In this document: positions 48,142 to 58,041 of the stretch, in pieces
How the letters are laid out: the number at the start of each line of letters is the position of its first letter
Position numbering within the stretch: the first letter of the stretch is position 1
Origin: a virus
Direction: 5' to 3' (one strand)
Virus record (IMG/VR): IMGVR_UViG_3300046744_000223
Location: 108,941-172,940 of that record
Length of the DNA: 64,000 nucleotides
Program-made: the position numbers and the translations under genes
The notes under the pieces: model-generated
The model's database searches: none
The model's input: only the letters and a program-made list of their open reading frames with translations
What the model was told of the DNA's origin: nothing

Positions 48142-50874
48142 TTATGCTATATTTGAAACATTAGGGGTATCAATAGGAGCGCCAACACCTGTAATATCAA
48201 GTGGTGGTACAAAGTCGTATAAGTTAGGAGTACTGTTTTCACTGTGAACTGCGTCACCTACTAATGTGAGTCCAACTGAAACGTCTACAAATCTTGGGAT
48301 GGTTATATCTTTTCTAATGTCCCAAGATACTTCATCGGACATTGTATACGATAGTGATGTTAACAACGAATTGTGATTTTTCCATAAATCACCCAATGTA
48401 AAACTAAGAACTCTTCCACGATAACCAGTACTACTCCCATAAAATGGCATTGCGAAGGTTGCTAATTGTTTTAACTTTTCCCACATTGGGACTAATTCCG
48501 CTTTCGAGTACGCCATTACTTTAAAATTAAATGATAATGTTCTTTCGAATTCAGTCATCATATAAGCTTTATCAGCTCTACCATTTGGCTTTTCACCATT
48601 CCACGATGGTGAGAATGTTTCGGTAATTCCACTAACAGTTCCTCTAAATTGACATAGATTACTACTATTGGTTTTAAATACCAGCTTAACGATATCATCT
48701 AATTCAGCATCACCTACGTTTGCCGTACCAATCGTATCAAGTCGGGTCTCTGATAAACGTTCTGCATTTGTTTTGAAGGTTTGTCCGAGGCCGTATTTTG
48801 TTATTAGATTATTTGCGGTATAATCATCACCAGCTACCGTGGCAGAATCAATATTATAATTACTATCTTTTAGATTTCTAAAATCACCTTTGTAATCTGA
48901 TGGATTGTCACCATTTGCTATTTTAGCTATCGTACCATATGATATTGCTTCGTAATCTTTTATATCATTACCAGGACCTTTAGTTTTACCATCAGATTTA
49001 TACAATCCTCTGTTTTCAAACTTTTCATCAATTGGAATTGGTGATGCTTTTTGGGTTTGTTTAGCCAATGTGGTTTTAGTACCATCATCATTTGCTCTAA
49101 GACTATCATTTATTTGGAATTCATAACGTTTTTTAGCAAAAAGAACCGGATTATCTTTTTTATTTTTGGCATATGGTGAAGTCGGTCCTATTGAGAATCG
49201 ATTCTCCAATCCGATATATGCGGTTGTATTACCATATCGTGTACCACTATTATCAAATGTATTAATGAATCGTCTGGTTCTGGTCGTACCAATCCCATAA
49301 ATTGAGTCAAATCCACCTTTAAGGTCTTCGTTAAGTGGTAATACATCATTACCGGTTCTTAGTTTAAAAATATTATATATCGTACGTAATGGGCTTACGT
49401 TAATAGAAGAGTTTGGATTATATTTCCAACCCTGCTTACCTATTGGAATTAAGTCGGGTCGGTCAAACTTTAATCCTAAGTGTTGGCCACCAAGGGATGC
49501 AAGTAGATTTATTGGAGTCCAAGTTTTGCCATATTTCTGACTACGTTGTAATCCAATTTGTCGTACACCCCACAATAATCCTTTTGCTGATAAAAAGAAT
49601 GACCCAATACGGGCAACATCTACCAATGCTCGTGTAGTAGATGCTACAATACCACCTCTAATTAGACCATCATCTATACCAAGACCAAAGTCCCAAAATT
49701 GAGGTTCACCTTTTGATATTTTTTTACGTTGTATACCACGAAGTATGTAAGGTGCTTTTATTATGTTTAATGAGTTTGGCGAATCATCTTTAAGATTAAA
49801 CTTATGATACATCTTATCTAAAAATGATGGTGAATTACGTTGCTCCATCGTATCACCAATACTTTTATATACATCAGAGTATCGATTCCCATCAGGAGTG
49901 TATTTTTGAGTATCACCAGTTACACCACCAGTTCTAAATTGACCATAACCTGCTTCAAAAGACAACCCAAGATTTACTTTTTGGAAATCAGAATACTTTG
50001 ACAACTCTACTACAAACTCAGTTTTTTTAGACTCTTCATTTGTTGTAAATCCGGTTTTAAAGTTAGAGAACTTTGAAGAGTTTTGGTTGAACTCTTTAGG
50101 AGATGTAATTCCTGTAAATTTACTATCATCCATACGATTAAACTCAGAAGTAAACCCCTTTGCATGAACATCGGTAATGTAGTTTACTTCAGTTGGTGTA
50201 GTCTCACCTAAAAACTTTTCACTCAAATCAAAATCAGCTGGCGTAGTCTCACCTAAAAACTTCTCTTCTAAGTTAAACTCAGTAGGAGTTGTTTCACCTA
50301 AGAACTTCTCTTCTGAGTTAAACTCAGTAGGAGTTGTTTCACCTAAGAACTTTTCGGTTAAACTAAATTCACTTGGCGTAGTCTCACCTAAGAAGTTTTG
50401 AATGAATCTGAATTCGGATGGAGTGGTTTCACCTTTGAACTTTTCCTCATTGGAGTAGTCTTGAGGAGTCGTTTGACCCTTAAATCTATCTCCTTGAGTA
50501 ATATTTTCCGTTTTGGTTTCACCTTTAAATTTATCGCCTTGATTTACTTCTTGTGTTTCAGTTTGTCCTAAGTATCGTTCTTCCAACGACATTTTAGATG
50601 GGGTCGTTTCTCCCAAATAGTTTGATGAGTTATCAAACTTAGATGGTGTGACTTCTCCTAAGTGTTTTGATGAGTTATCAAACTTGGTTGGAGTTACACC
50701 TTGCTTAGGTGTAGTTGTATTTGATTTAGCGGCAGATGGAGACTTGTCCACAAGTTGGGACAATGGAGTCTGATTAGTAGACTTAGGAATATCCACTCTC
50801 TTCTTGTCAGAAAGCGGTTTCTCTGTTGGTCTTCTAAACTTTGATAAATCTGATTTTAAATCTTTTAATGCCAT
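48142..50874 (-). CDS. Large baseplate/tail-tube-initiator-like protein with N-terminal repeats
   Basis: C-terminal FRGTVSGITETFSPSW..GRAD..YMMTEFERTLSFNF domain; follows the tape measure gene. Confidence 0.55.
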   Translation of the reverse strand: MALKDLKSDLSKFRRPTEKPLSDKKRVDIPKSTNQTPLSQLVDKSPSAAKSNTTTPKQGVTPTKFDNSSKHLGEVTPSKFDNSSNYLGETTPSKMSLEERYLGQTETQEVNQGDKFKGETKTENITQGDRFKGQTTPQDYSNEEKFKGETTPSEFRFIQNFLGETTPSEFSLTEKFLGETTPTEFNSEEKFLGETTPTEFNLEEKFLGETTPADFDLSEKFLGETTPTEVNYITDVHAKGFTSEFNRMDDSKFTGITSPKEFNQNSSKFSNFKTGFTTNEESKKTEFVVELSKYSDFQKVNLGLSFEAGYGQFRTGGVTGDTQKYTPDGNRYSDVYKSIGDTMEQRNSPSFLDKMYHKFNLKDDSPNSLNIIKAPYILRGIQRKKISKGEPQFWDFGLGIDDGLIRGGIVASTTRALVDVARIGSFFLSAKGLLWGVRQIGLQRSQKYGKTWTPINLLASLGGQHLGLKFDRPDLIPIGKQGWKYNPNSSINVSPLRTIYNIFKLRTGNDVLPLNEDLKGGFDSIYGIGTTRTRRFINTFDNSGTRYGNTTAYIGLENRFSIGPTSPYAKNKKDNPVLFAKKRYEFQINDSLRANDDGTKTTLAKQTQKASPIPIDEKFENRGLYKSDGKTKGPGNDIKDYEAISYGTIAKIANGDNPSDYKGDFRNLKDSNYNIDSATVAGDDYTANNLITKYGLGQTFKTNAERLSETRLDTIGTANVGDAELDDIVKLVFKTNSSNLCQFRGTVSGITETFSPSWNGEKPNGRADKAYMMTEFERTLSFNFKVMAYSKAELVPMWEKLKQLATFAMPFYGSSTGYRGRVLSFTLGDLWKNHNSLLTSLSYTMSDEVSWDIRKDITIPRFVDVSVGLTLVGDAVHSENSTPNLYDFVPPLDITGVGAPIDTPNVSNIA
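50188..50682 (-). repeat. Eleven in-frame 45-nt (15-aa) tandem repeats, consensus Fxx(E/S)EKFLGETTPxE
   Basis: agtaggagttgtttcacctaagaac recurs at 50281 and 50326; repeats visible in the translation. Confidence 0.9.
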
Positions 50875-50878
50875 CTAA

Positions 50879-52999
50879 TTATCCCATCTGTTTATTAAAT
50901 GATTTATTCATCGATTGTTTCTTAGTAATTTCACTAATTACTCTACCATCTACTACAATTTGAAGAGGTTGATTACCCATTGCAGCTGCCAGCTTGTCGT
51001 AGTCTATACCACCACCAGCACTACCACCTGCTAATTTACCAGCCATTGCCGCTGGATTAGTAGTTGCCATAATAAAGTCTGCTGGATTGGTTTTGATTAC
51101 ATCACCACTTGGTGTAATTACACCATCATCTATGGAGTCGGATGCACCCTCGTCATATCCAGTGGATTTAGTACCACCACCACCAAATATAGCACCAATC
51201 GTGTCACCAACCCATTGAAATGGTGCTACAACAAAGTCATAAATTGCCTGACCCATCATCTTAATACCCTCAATTGGGTCAGTAAATAATGTAATAAATC
51301 CTCTAAGAAATTTGAATATCGCACCTACCATTTTGAACGACTTAATTATCGTTGGTAGAATCAGGTCAACCAAGTAACCAACAACTGGAAGAATAATAGC
51401 ACCTGCTTCAGCAAGAGCTGCATTCATCTTATCCATTGCAGCACTCATCTTTTCTTGTTGAGACTGCTTCTCTCTATCAAGTATCATTTGCTTGGCCTTT
51501 TCATCAGATAGACCAGCACTCATTAGTTGTTCCTTACTTACATTGTCTAAGTTTTTAACGCCCAACTTATTCATAACCATTTGTTGTTCATTCATCTTCA
51601 ACATTTGGTCAACTGACATACCCATTGCATCTGCAATAGCCTTTTGTTGGATTCGTGACTTTTGACTCACATCACCAAGCTCACTCATTTGTTTTGCTTG
51701 GAGTCGTAATACTTCACCTTGTTCACCTGCTAGTTGTGCTGCACGAATAGCAGTGTTATTGAGGTTAACACCAGTTAACACTCTTGCTTTCATCTCGGCC
51801 TGAAGTGCACTTTCCATATTAAGAAGATTATCTGCGGCATCGGATGATTCTTGTAGAGTAGTACCCATTGCTTTTGCTTGAGTAACTGCCATAGCCATCT
51901 CTTTAACATTACCCTTGAATGTAGAGCGCATTTCTAAAGATAAGTTGGATATGTCTTTTAGTACACCGGCGAAGTCAACTGAAGCGCCTGTAAGTTCATT
52001 AAACCCACCAACTGTCGATGCTACTTCGGTTTGCATATCACGAACACTCATACCAGATGCAGCTGACATCTTTTGGAAGTTTGCAGCCTCTTCACCAGAC
52101 ATACCCATATACTTAGTCAAGTGAATTTGGTCTTGTAACATTTTGGCGGAATATTCCGCAGTCATTCCTATGGACTCTGCGAGTTGTTTTTGAGCCTCAA
52201 TCAGACTCTTGGTATTAATATTCAAGTTACCACTCATAGTAGACATATTATTAAAGTTGGTAACCATTTCTTTAGCTTCACTATTAGCAATACCCATCTC
52301 ACGACTTAAATCAGCTACTTGTTGGTCAACTCCAAGTGCTTTTTTCAATAGAACCATTGCGGCTATAATAGGAAGAATAATCGGTAGGAGTGGTGAAATC
52401 GCGGCCCATAAAGTTGCCCCAAATGACATTATAGATGGGATTGCTGACCTAAACGACATTCCAATTGCCTTACCAGCAGGAACTCCCGTGGCAGTTAACA
52501 TTACGAATTGTTGGGTAATACCCTTCATAATACCACCCATTTGTTCTTTTAATCCACCAAAGTCCATTGTAGATGCTAATAAGCTCCCAACGAGTGGGAT
52601 ATTTTTGATTTGACCTTCCAACCCATCTAACATACCATTAGCTTTGGTAGTAAGTTCTTCCTGAAGGTCTCTACGTTTTTCCTCAGACGAAATTACATCT
52701 TTGAGTGTATCTACTTCTTCTTTTAAATTTCGACCATGTGTAGTTCTACCATCCACCAACTCTTTCATTGACGTTTCGTAGTCTTCTAATAATTGTCTTT
52801 GTTGGTCAAGATTATCAACCTCATCAACCATTCCACTTAGTAAGTTTTTTCTAAGCTTACCCAACTCCTTGGCATTTTCAATTTGGTCTTGCATTTTACG
52901 ATTGAGTAGGTCAGCCTGGCTATTAAGGAAGTCGTTGTCCTCCATAGCCTGCTTACGAGCCTTACTCTCCTCGTTTCTCTGCTTATTAGTCTTTGCCAT
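50879..52999 (-). CDS. Tail tape measure protein
   Basis: 706-aa Ala/Met/Gln-rich helical protein downstream of tube and chaperone genes. Confidence 0.8.
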   Translation of the reverse strand: MAKTNKQRNEESKARKQAMEDNDFLNSQADLLNRKMQDQIENAKELGKLRKNLLSGMVDEVDNLDQQRQLLEDYETSMKELVDGRTTHGRNLKEEVDTLKDVISSEEKRRDLQEELTTKANGMLDGLEGQIKNIPLVGSLLASTMDFGGLKEQMGGIMKGITQQFVMLTATGVPAGKAIGMSFRSAIPSIMSFGATLWAAISPLLPIILPIIAAMVLLKKALGVDQQVADLSREMGIANSEAKEMVTNFNNMSTMSGNLNINTKSLIEAQKQLAESIGMTAEYSAKMLQDQIHLTKYMGMSGEEAANFQKMSAASGMSVRDMQTEVASTVGGFNELTGASVDFAGVLKDISNLSLEMRSTFKGNVKEMAMAVTQAKAMGTTLQESSDAADNLLNMESALQAEMKARVLTGVNLNNTAIRAAQLAGEQGEVLRLQAKQMSELGDVSQKSRIQQKAIADAMGMSVDQMLKMNEQQMVMNKLGVKNLDNVSKEQLMSAGLSDEKAKQMILDREKQSQQEKMSAAMDKMNAALAEAGAIILPVVGYLVDLILPTIIKSFKMVGAIFKFLRGFITLFTDPIEGIKMMGQAIYDFVVAPFQWVGDTIGAIFGGGGTKSTGYDEGASDSIDDGVITPSGDVIKTNPADFIMATTNPAAMAGKLAGGSAGGGIDYDKLAAAMGNQPLQIVVDGRVISEITKKQSMNKSFNKQMG

Positions 53000-53018
53000 T
53001 TGGGTTATCCAATATTAC

Positions 53019-53189
53019 TTATTTAAAAGTATCTTTAGAGTTTTTGATGTGATTATCGATGTCTATTTTAAGTTGGCGTGAAGCTTTAGCTAAGTCGTTA
53101 AAGCTTTTATTGACAGCCGGGTCTTTTTGAGCCAACTTCTCCATACCTTTTAAAACTTTGCGAGCGACAAGCTTTTGTAAGAAATTCAT
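53019..53189 (-). CDS. Small hypothetical protein (56 aa)
   Basis: Manual translation MNFLQKLVARKVLKGMEKLAQKDPAVNKSFNDLAKASRQLKIDIDNHIKNSKDTFK; follows the late motif and AGGA. Confidence 0.6.
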   Translation of the reverse strand: MNFLQKLVARKVLKGMEKLAQKDPAVNKSFNDLAKASRQLKIDIDNHIKNSKDTFK

Positions 53190-53212
53190 ATATATATCCT
53201 ATTGTTATTTAA

Positions 53213-53220
53213 TATAAATA
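53213..53220 (-). promoter_or_regulatory. Putative late promoter TATTTATA
   Basis: Directly after a terminator, upstream of the 56-aa ORF and tape measure gene. Confidence 0.55.
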
Positions 53221-53222
53221 TC

Positions 53223-53251
53223 AAAGGGGAACTATTTTCGTGTTCCCCTTT
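53223..53251 (-). terminator. Hairpin, probable intrinsic terminator
   Basis: aaaggggaac N9 gttccccttt, perfect 10-bp stem. Confidence 0.6.
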
Positions 53252-53450
53252 GTGATTTATTTATAGATTCTGTATTTGCTTTGTTTTCAGCTTGTTTAAA
53301 TTCTACAATTTTACTGATGTAAAACTTACGGGCCCAAACTGGCATATTATATACATCGTTCCAAGTAAACCCACCATTTCCGTGATAAATTAAATCGAAA
53401 ATATGTGAATGTAGTTGCTGTCTGTAATTAATCTGCAGGCCAAAAAAAGG
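53232..53450 (-). CDS. gp51-like C-terminal extension of the tail chaperone, probably reached by +1/-2 frameshift
   Basis: Open frame GLQINYRQQLHSHIFDLIYHGNGGFTWNDVYNMPVWARKFYISKIVEFK..RK*; bounded upstream by TGA; no ATG/GTG/TTG before Met33; T7 run at 53442-53448. Confidence 0.7.
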   Translation of the reverse strand, partial: PFFGLQINYRQQLHSHIFDLIYHGNGGFTWNDVYNMPVWARKFYISKIVEFKQAENKANTESINKSQRGTRK

Positions 53451-54297
53451 TCACGTCCATAGGTAAGGACATAAACCTCCCTTCCCCAGTTTCCTCCGAA
53501 ATGAATTCCCATTCTAAATCCATATCAGGAGAAACTTTTTTAATATATGTTCTAAGAGCTCTACTATCTTGAGCAAATAACTCATTATCTACAAAATTGG
53601 CAATCATGCGTTGGTCATAGTCACCATCTATTGATAAAATTGTTTGTTTTAGTCGAGTAGTTAGTTCAGAGCTTGTTTCGTTTTTTAGTTTACGATTTTT
53701 CTTCTTTTCCTCTTCGAGTATATGCTTTACCTTCCTATCCTTAGATTCGGTTGTAATCATAAATGTCAACTTTCTCTTAGATTGTGGAAGTTCCAACTCG
53801 AATTCGTTTTTGTGTAGTTCTAATTGAGCTGAACCATCATATTCCTTATTATCAAATTGAGTAAGGTCAATGATTTCATCTTGAGTATTATCACTAAATG
53901 GGTCGTTTACTTCAACTTTATAGTCTTTACCATACCCCAAGATTCGTGCTGCTATCATAATAGCATTTTTGTCACCCACTATTAGGTCTACATACTTAAC
54001 CGGCATATCAGCACCATTTGATACAATGAGAGATTGAAATAATCGGTCTAAAACCGAACCATCTTTGATATACGACTGAGTTGTGAGGATATCTTCTTCC
54101 CTTGCAGTCATATATTTCATTTCTATCTTACCACTTGAAAGTGGGTTGTCTTTTGGATAAATCAAACCACGAGATGGTAGTTCGATAATTTCGGTTGGAA
54201 ACTTGTAATCACTTACTTGTTTCACCTCATGTGCTTTTTTTAATTGTTCAACTGCCTCTTCATTAGACATTTGATAGTCGTCTTGTAAATCTTTCAT
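53428..54297 (-). CDS. Tail/baseplate assembly chaperone (T4 gp26-like)
   Basis: IELPSRG, MTAREEDIL, GDKNAIMIAARILGYG, C-terminal FFWP. Confidence 0.75.
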   Translation of the reverse strand: MKDLQDDYQMSNEEAVEQLKKAHEVKQVSDYKFPTEIIELPSRGLIYPKDNPLSSGKIEMKYMTAREEDILTTQSYIKDGSVLDRLFQSLIVSNGADMPVKYVDLIVGDKNAIMIAARILGYGKDYKVEVNDPFSDNTQDEIIDLTQFDNKEYDGSAQLELHKNEFELELPQSKRKLTFMITTESKDRKVKHILEEEKKKNRKLKNETSSELTTRLKQTILSIDGDYDQRMIANFVDNELFAQDSRALRTYIKKVSPDMDLEWEFISEETGEGRFMSLPMDVTFFWPAD

Positions 54298-54361
54298 AAC
54301 TTTTCCTTGTTATTCTATTGGTTAACCTTATATAAGTATGTAACACGGGCATTTATAATAC

Positions 54362-54388
54362 AAAACCCCCACCAAAAGGTGAGGGTTT
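54362..54388 (-). terminator. Intrinsic terminator
   Basis: Minus strand AAACCCTCACC-TTTT-GGTGGGGGTTTT. Confidence 0.75.
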
Positions 54389-54416
54389 CTAAAATTTTAA
54401 AAAGTATTAAGTGATA

Positions 54417-54662
54417 TTAGTCGGTTATTTCATCGAATCTATAACCATCACCATCTTCTATAAGTGCGTGTGTTCCACCCGCGTAAGACACCGGCAATTC
54501 CATGTCAACTTCTACCTTTTCATAACCTGCGTCTGTACCATAATCTTGACCTGAAAGGTCAGCTATTACATCACAAGTTACACCATCTGTTGTTTGTGTT
54601 ACGTTTCCGTATGATGCAAATACGATTTCTTTTGTAGATACATCTCTAATGATTGATAACAT
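54417..54662 (-). CDS. Small acidic hypothetical protein in a moron-like cassette
   Basis: 81 aa, AAGGAG RBS, flanked by duplicated promoter and terminator. Confidence 0.65.
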   Translation of the reverse strand: MLSIIRDVSTKEIVFASYGNVTQTTDGVTCDVIADLSGQDYGTDAGYEKVEVDMELPVSYAGGTHALIEDGDGYRFDEITD

Positions 54663-54713
54663 ATATTCTCCTTTATTATTTGGTTAACCTTATATAAGTA
54701 TTATTTTTAAAGT

Positions 54714-54744
54714 AAAAAACCCCCACAATTACGTGAGGGTTTTC
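54714..54744 (-). terminator. Intrinsic terminator after the tail tube gene
   Basis: Minus strand AAAACCCTCAC-GTAATT-GTGGGGGTTTTTT. Confidence 0.8.
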
Positions 54745-54768
54745 AGTTTTCATTTTACAATCAATATT

Positions 54769-55257
54769 TTAGTATTGTAGTATTGCGTAATCATATGTCA
54801 ATGTCATTTCAACAGTAGCGATATCTTCACCACTATAATCCATGTCAGAGAAATTAGCAGACTGAATAAATGCTCCTTTTAATGTCCACTCTTCTACTTT
54901 ATCACCAACAGGACCCAAACTGTTAAATGTGATATCTTTTTTGTAGAAATCAGAGTAACCATCACGTCCAGTTACTGACTCGTGGTGTAATCTTACCCAC
55001 TCCATAGTAGCTTGTGCAGCAGATGGAACTACTGGGTCGTATAAAGTTACTGATAAGTCACTCCACTCAGAACGACCTTTTACATATCTACGGGTGTTGA
55101 TATGGTCAATAGTCACCTTACCATTTGTAATTTCAGGTCTTGCAGCGGTTTTCACCAAGTATGCAGGAATTCCTTCAATATACATAATGAACCGATTTGA
55201 CATCTTCGGTTCGAAGTTGGTGAACATAATTTCATTTGGGTCTAATAGCTGTGCCAT
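54769..55257 (-). CDS. Tail tube protein (T4 gp19-like)
   Basis: FEPKMSNRF, W.DLSVTLYD, YKKDI, WTLKGAF, LTYDYA. Confidence 0.9.
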   Translation of the reverse strand: MAQLLDPNEIMFTNFEPKMSNRFIMYIEGIPAYLVKTAARPEITNGKVTIDHINTRRYVKGRSEWSDLSVTLYDPVVPSAAQATMEWVRLHHESVTGRDGYSDFYKKDITFNSLGPVGDKVEEWTLKGAFIQSANFSDMDYSGEDIATVEMTLTYDYAILQY

Positions 55258-55304
55258 TTATAATCTCCTATTGTCTCTTTCTAATAAATAGTCTAATTCT
55301 ACAA

Positions 55305-57650
55305 TTATGCCTCAGGGAATGCAGCGCCAGTTGGAAGTATGTTGAAATCAAGAACAATGAATTCAGCAGTCTTCGTTGGTTGTAAGTAAATTTCCCCTAC
55401 CATAATGTTTCTATCAATCACATCTGGAGTGTTGTTGGAATCATCCATTACCACTTTAAATGTGTATAAACCTTGTCTTTGTTGAATTGATTCTAAGTAA
55501 GGATTAACGATTGCCAAGAATCTATTTCTTGTTGCAGCGGTGTTATTTTCAAATACCAAGTATCTTGTTGAAGATGCGATGTATTTCTTAACTGCGATTA
55601 ACAATCTTCTTACATTGATTCTATCCAATGCTGATGGTTTAGCTTGTAATGTCTTTTGGCCGAATACCGTAGCACCTTGTCCAGGGAACGTAGCGATTGG
55701 GTTAACACGGGCAGTATATAGTGTATCTCTCTCATCGTGAGTAAGACGTGTCTTAACTTCGATTACATTTGGAAGGCCACCACGATTCAAACCAGCGGGA
55801 GCGTACCATTCAGCAGCAACTGAGTCGTTGAAAGCGATAACACCTGGTAGAACAACACTTGGCGGAACCCATACTGGCTTGTTCTTATCAGTATCAAGGA
55901 TTTTAACCCATGGGTGATAAGTAGCAACATAGTTTGAGTCGAATGAAGTAAGTGAGTTGTTTACAGTTGCAATTGAGTCAGAGTAAGCTCCAGCATCCAT
56001 TACGTAGAAACAATCCAATCTATCTTCACACATATCTTTAGCGAATGTAGTTACTGAAGAGTGTAGTCTATTGATTACACCTGGAAGTACTACCATATTG
56101 ATATCGAACTCATCTGGATTAGAGATTGAGTTGATAGCTTTTCTATATGCAAGTGTTCCGGCAGCAGTAGCTGATGACATATCCATACCTTGGTTGTTAC
56201 CAGCAATAATATTATTACCTACATTTACCACTCTATTTGGTTCGAATCCATCGAAACCACCTTGGAATGGAACTAAGAACTTCTTAGCATCTATATCAGA
56301 CGATAATGTAATAGTAGACCCATTTGAGTGACACTCTGCCAAATCAAAGTCGTTACCTACTGTTTCAGTATTTGTCGCTGGGAGTGGTTGTAGGAAGTTT
56401 AAGTTGTCAGTTGACGTAAAGTCAAAATCATAACCAAAAAATACTCTCTTATTATATTCACCAGAGAGTGACTGAGATACATTATAAGTTGGAGATGGTA
56501 GGTTGTAAGTCGAATGTAATGGTGACGTTAATTTACCAAATCCGAATGGTACAAGTGTTGAATCAATTGAACCAGCTTCTACATCATCGGTAACCGATAC
56601 TCTAATATGAGCAGATGCGTTAGGGTAATCACCATTTGAAGTTAACTTACCATTGTCATCAACAGTAATGTATTTGTCACCAATTACTCTCTTGATGTAG
56701 TTTGGTGAGTTAGGGTCAAGATTTACACCTTGGAATTCTTCTATAATATTTGGTCTTGTATCGGAATCTTGTACACCTTGACCAAAGATTGAATTAGGAA
56801 TCTTACCAGTATCTACTCTACGTACTACAACACTAAATGTACCATATTCAGAACCTGGTACTTCAGATGCAAGTTTGATATTACTAATACCTACTTTGAA
56901 TTCGTAGTTAGTTGAGTTACCATGAGATAATGTATGGAATTGGAATAAATCAGAAGCAGTACCTGCAACTTTTTGTGATTTAATAAATGGAGTTGCGGCT
57001 TCTTGGTATGCGTTGGTATAATCAACATCTACTTGAGAAAGTGTCACAGTTGCTGTTTCACCTTCTTTAGCAAGCGATTCTGCTTGGAATGTTGAGAAGT
57101 TTAATTGAGTGTAAGCGTCTTTAGATGATTTTGGAGAATAACCATATAACTTAGTAATATAGTTAGCGTCTGCAGGGTCGAGTGATGCTGAATTAACATT
57201 TACACCACTACCACTTGAGATTGAACTACCGCTTAGGGTTAATTTAAATGCGGAAGCGCTAACACCGGTAATGATACTATCGTCAAAATCACCACTACCT
57301 AAAGTAGTAGTCGGATGTAGTAAAGCACCTACAAATTCACCTGCAGAGGAAGATATTACTAATCCTACTGGTTTTGCGGTATATCCATCCTTACCTAATA
57401 CTCTTACGATAGTTGCAGCACCTGCTTCTTCTAAATACGATTGAGCGGTATACGGAAGATATGAATCCTCAGTAAGACCACCAAACTTTTGTTGGAATTC
57501 TTGAAATGATTCTACTTTCGTTGGTACGAACGCAGGGCCCTTTATCGATTGCCCGATAAGTGCCGCACCTATCTCACCAATACCTTGTGGTAAAAATGAG
57601 AGGTCTTTTTCTCTTGTAAAAACTCCAGGACTTACAATTCTTTCAGCCAT
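55305..57650 (-). CDS. Tail sheath protein (T4 gp18-like)
   Basis: SPGVFTREKD, GPAFVPT, WYAPAGLNRG, VNPI, GQKTLQ, DRINVRRLL, PTKTAEFI. Confidence 0.95.
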   Translation of the reverse strand: MAERIVSPGVFTREKDLSFLPQGIGEIGAALIGQSIKGPAFVPTKVESFQEFQQKFGGLTEDSYLPYTAQSYLEEAGAATIVRVLGKDGYTAKPVGLVISSSAGEFVGALLHPTTTLGSGDFDDSIITGVSASAFKLTLSGSSISSGSGVNVNSASLDPADANYITKLYGYSPKSSKDAYTQLNFSTFQAESLAKEGETATVTLSQVDVDYTNAYQEAATPFIKSQKVAGTASDLFQFHTLSHGNSTNYEFKVGISNIKLASEVPGSEYGTFSVVVRRVDTGKIPNSIFGQGVQDSDTRPNIIEEFQGVNLDPNSPNYIKRVIGDKYITVDDNGKLTSNGDYPNASAHIRVSVTDDVEAGSIDSTLVPFGFGKLTSPLHSTYNLPSPTYNVSQSLSGEYNKRVFFGYDFDFTSTDNLNFLQPLPATNTETVGNDFDLAECHSNGSTITLSSDIDAKKFLVPFQGGFDGFEPNRVVNVGNNIIAGNNQGMDMSSATAAGTLAYRKAINSISNPDEFDINMVVLPGVINRLHSSVTTFAKDMCEDRLDCFYVMDAGAYSDSIATVNNSLTSFDSNYVATYHPWVKILDTDKNKPVWVPPSVVLPGVIAFNDSVAAEWYAPAGLNRGGLPNVIEVKTRLTHDERDTLYTARVNPIATFPGQGATVFGQKTLQAKPSALDRINVRRLLIAVKKYIASSTRYLVFENNTAATRNRFLAIVNPYLESIQQRQGLYTFKVVMDDSNNTPDVIDRNIMVGEIYLQPTKTAEFIVLDFNILPTGAAFPEA

Positions 57651-57687
57651 TTTCTTCTCCTAAAATATAAATTTCGGTTTTCCTTAT

Positions 57688-57695
57688 TATAAATA
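57688..57695 (-). promoter_or_regulatory. Putative late promoter TATTTATA upstream of the sheath gene
   Basis: Recurrent intergenic octamer. Confidence 0.55.
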
Positions 57696-57720
57696 CATTA
57701 AAAAATAACTAAACGACTAC

Positions 57721-58002
57721 TTATTTTGTAGGCGTGAACTCATTTTTGGAAATATCATAAGTCCCCTCACCATATTTCTCTTTTAATTCAACTGCTAGTT
57801 CAGTTTCTTGAGTACCCAATTGCTTATATTCAGATATAAGAGATTGTTTTTGTTGTTTCAACTCTTGAAATACAGTTTCTAACCCATTTATTTCTATCTC
57901 AACCTCGCCAACTTTTGTATTAATAGTTAATACTTTTTGTTGTAGTGTTTGAATTTTACTTACTTCGTCTTCGGTAAATTTAATAATTTGCTTTTCGTCC
58001 AT
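57721..58002 (-). CDS. Coiled-coil hypothetical protein
   Basis: 93-aa heptad-rich ORF ending LKEKYGEGTYD. Confidence 0.6.
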   Translation of the reverse strand: MDEKQIIKFTEDEVSKIQTLQQKVLTINTKVGEVEIEINGLETVFQELKQQKQSLISEYKQLGTQETELAVELKEKYGEGTYDISKNEFTPTK

Positions 58003-58025
58003 AACTTATTATATTTGTTGTATTA

Positions 58026-58033
58026 TATAAATA
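58026..58033 (-). promoter_or_regulatory. Putative late promoter TATTTATA
   Basis: Recurrent intergenic octamer. Confidence 0.5.
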
Positions 58034-58041
58034 TGTAAAAA

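Noticed and set aside
50188-50682. 45-nt repeats as a CRISPR array
   Set aside because: They are in-frame coding repeats with codon-level variation and no unique spacers.
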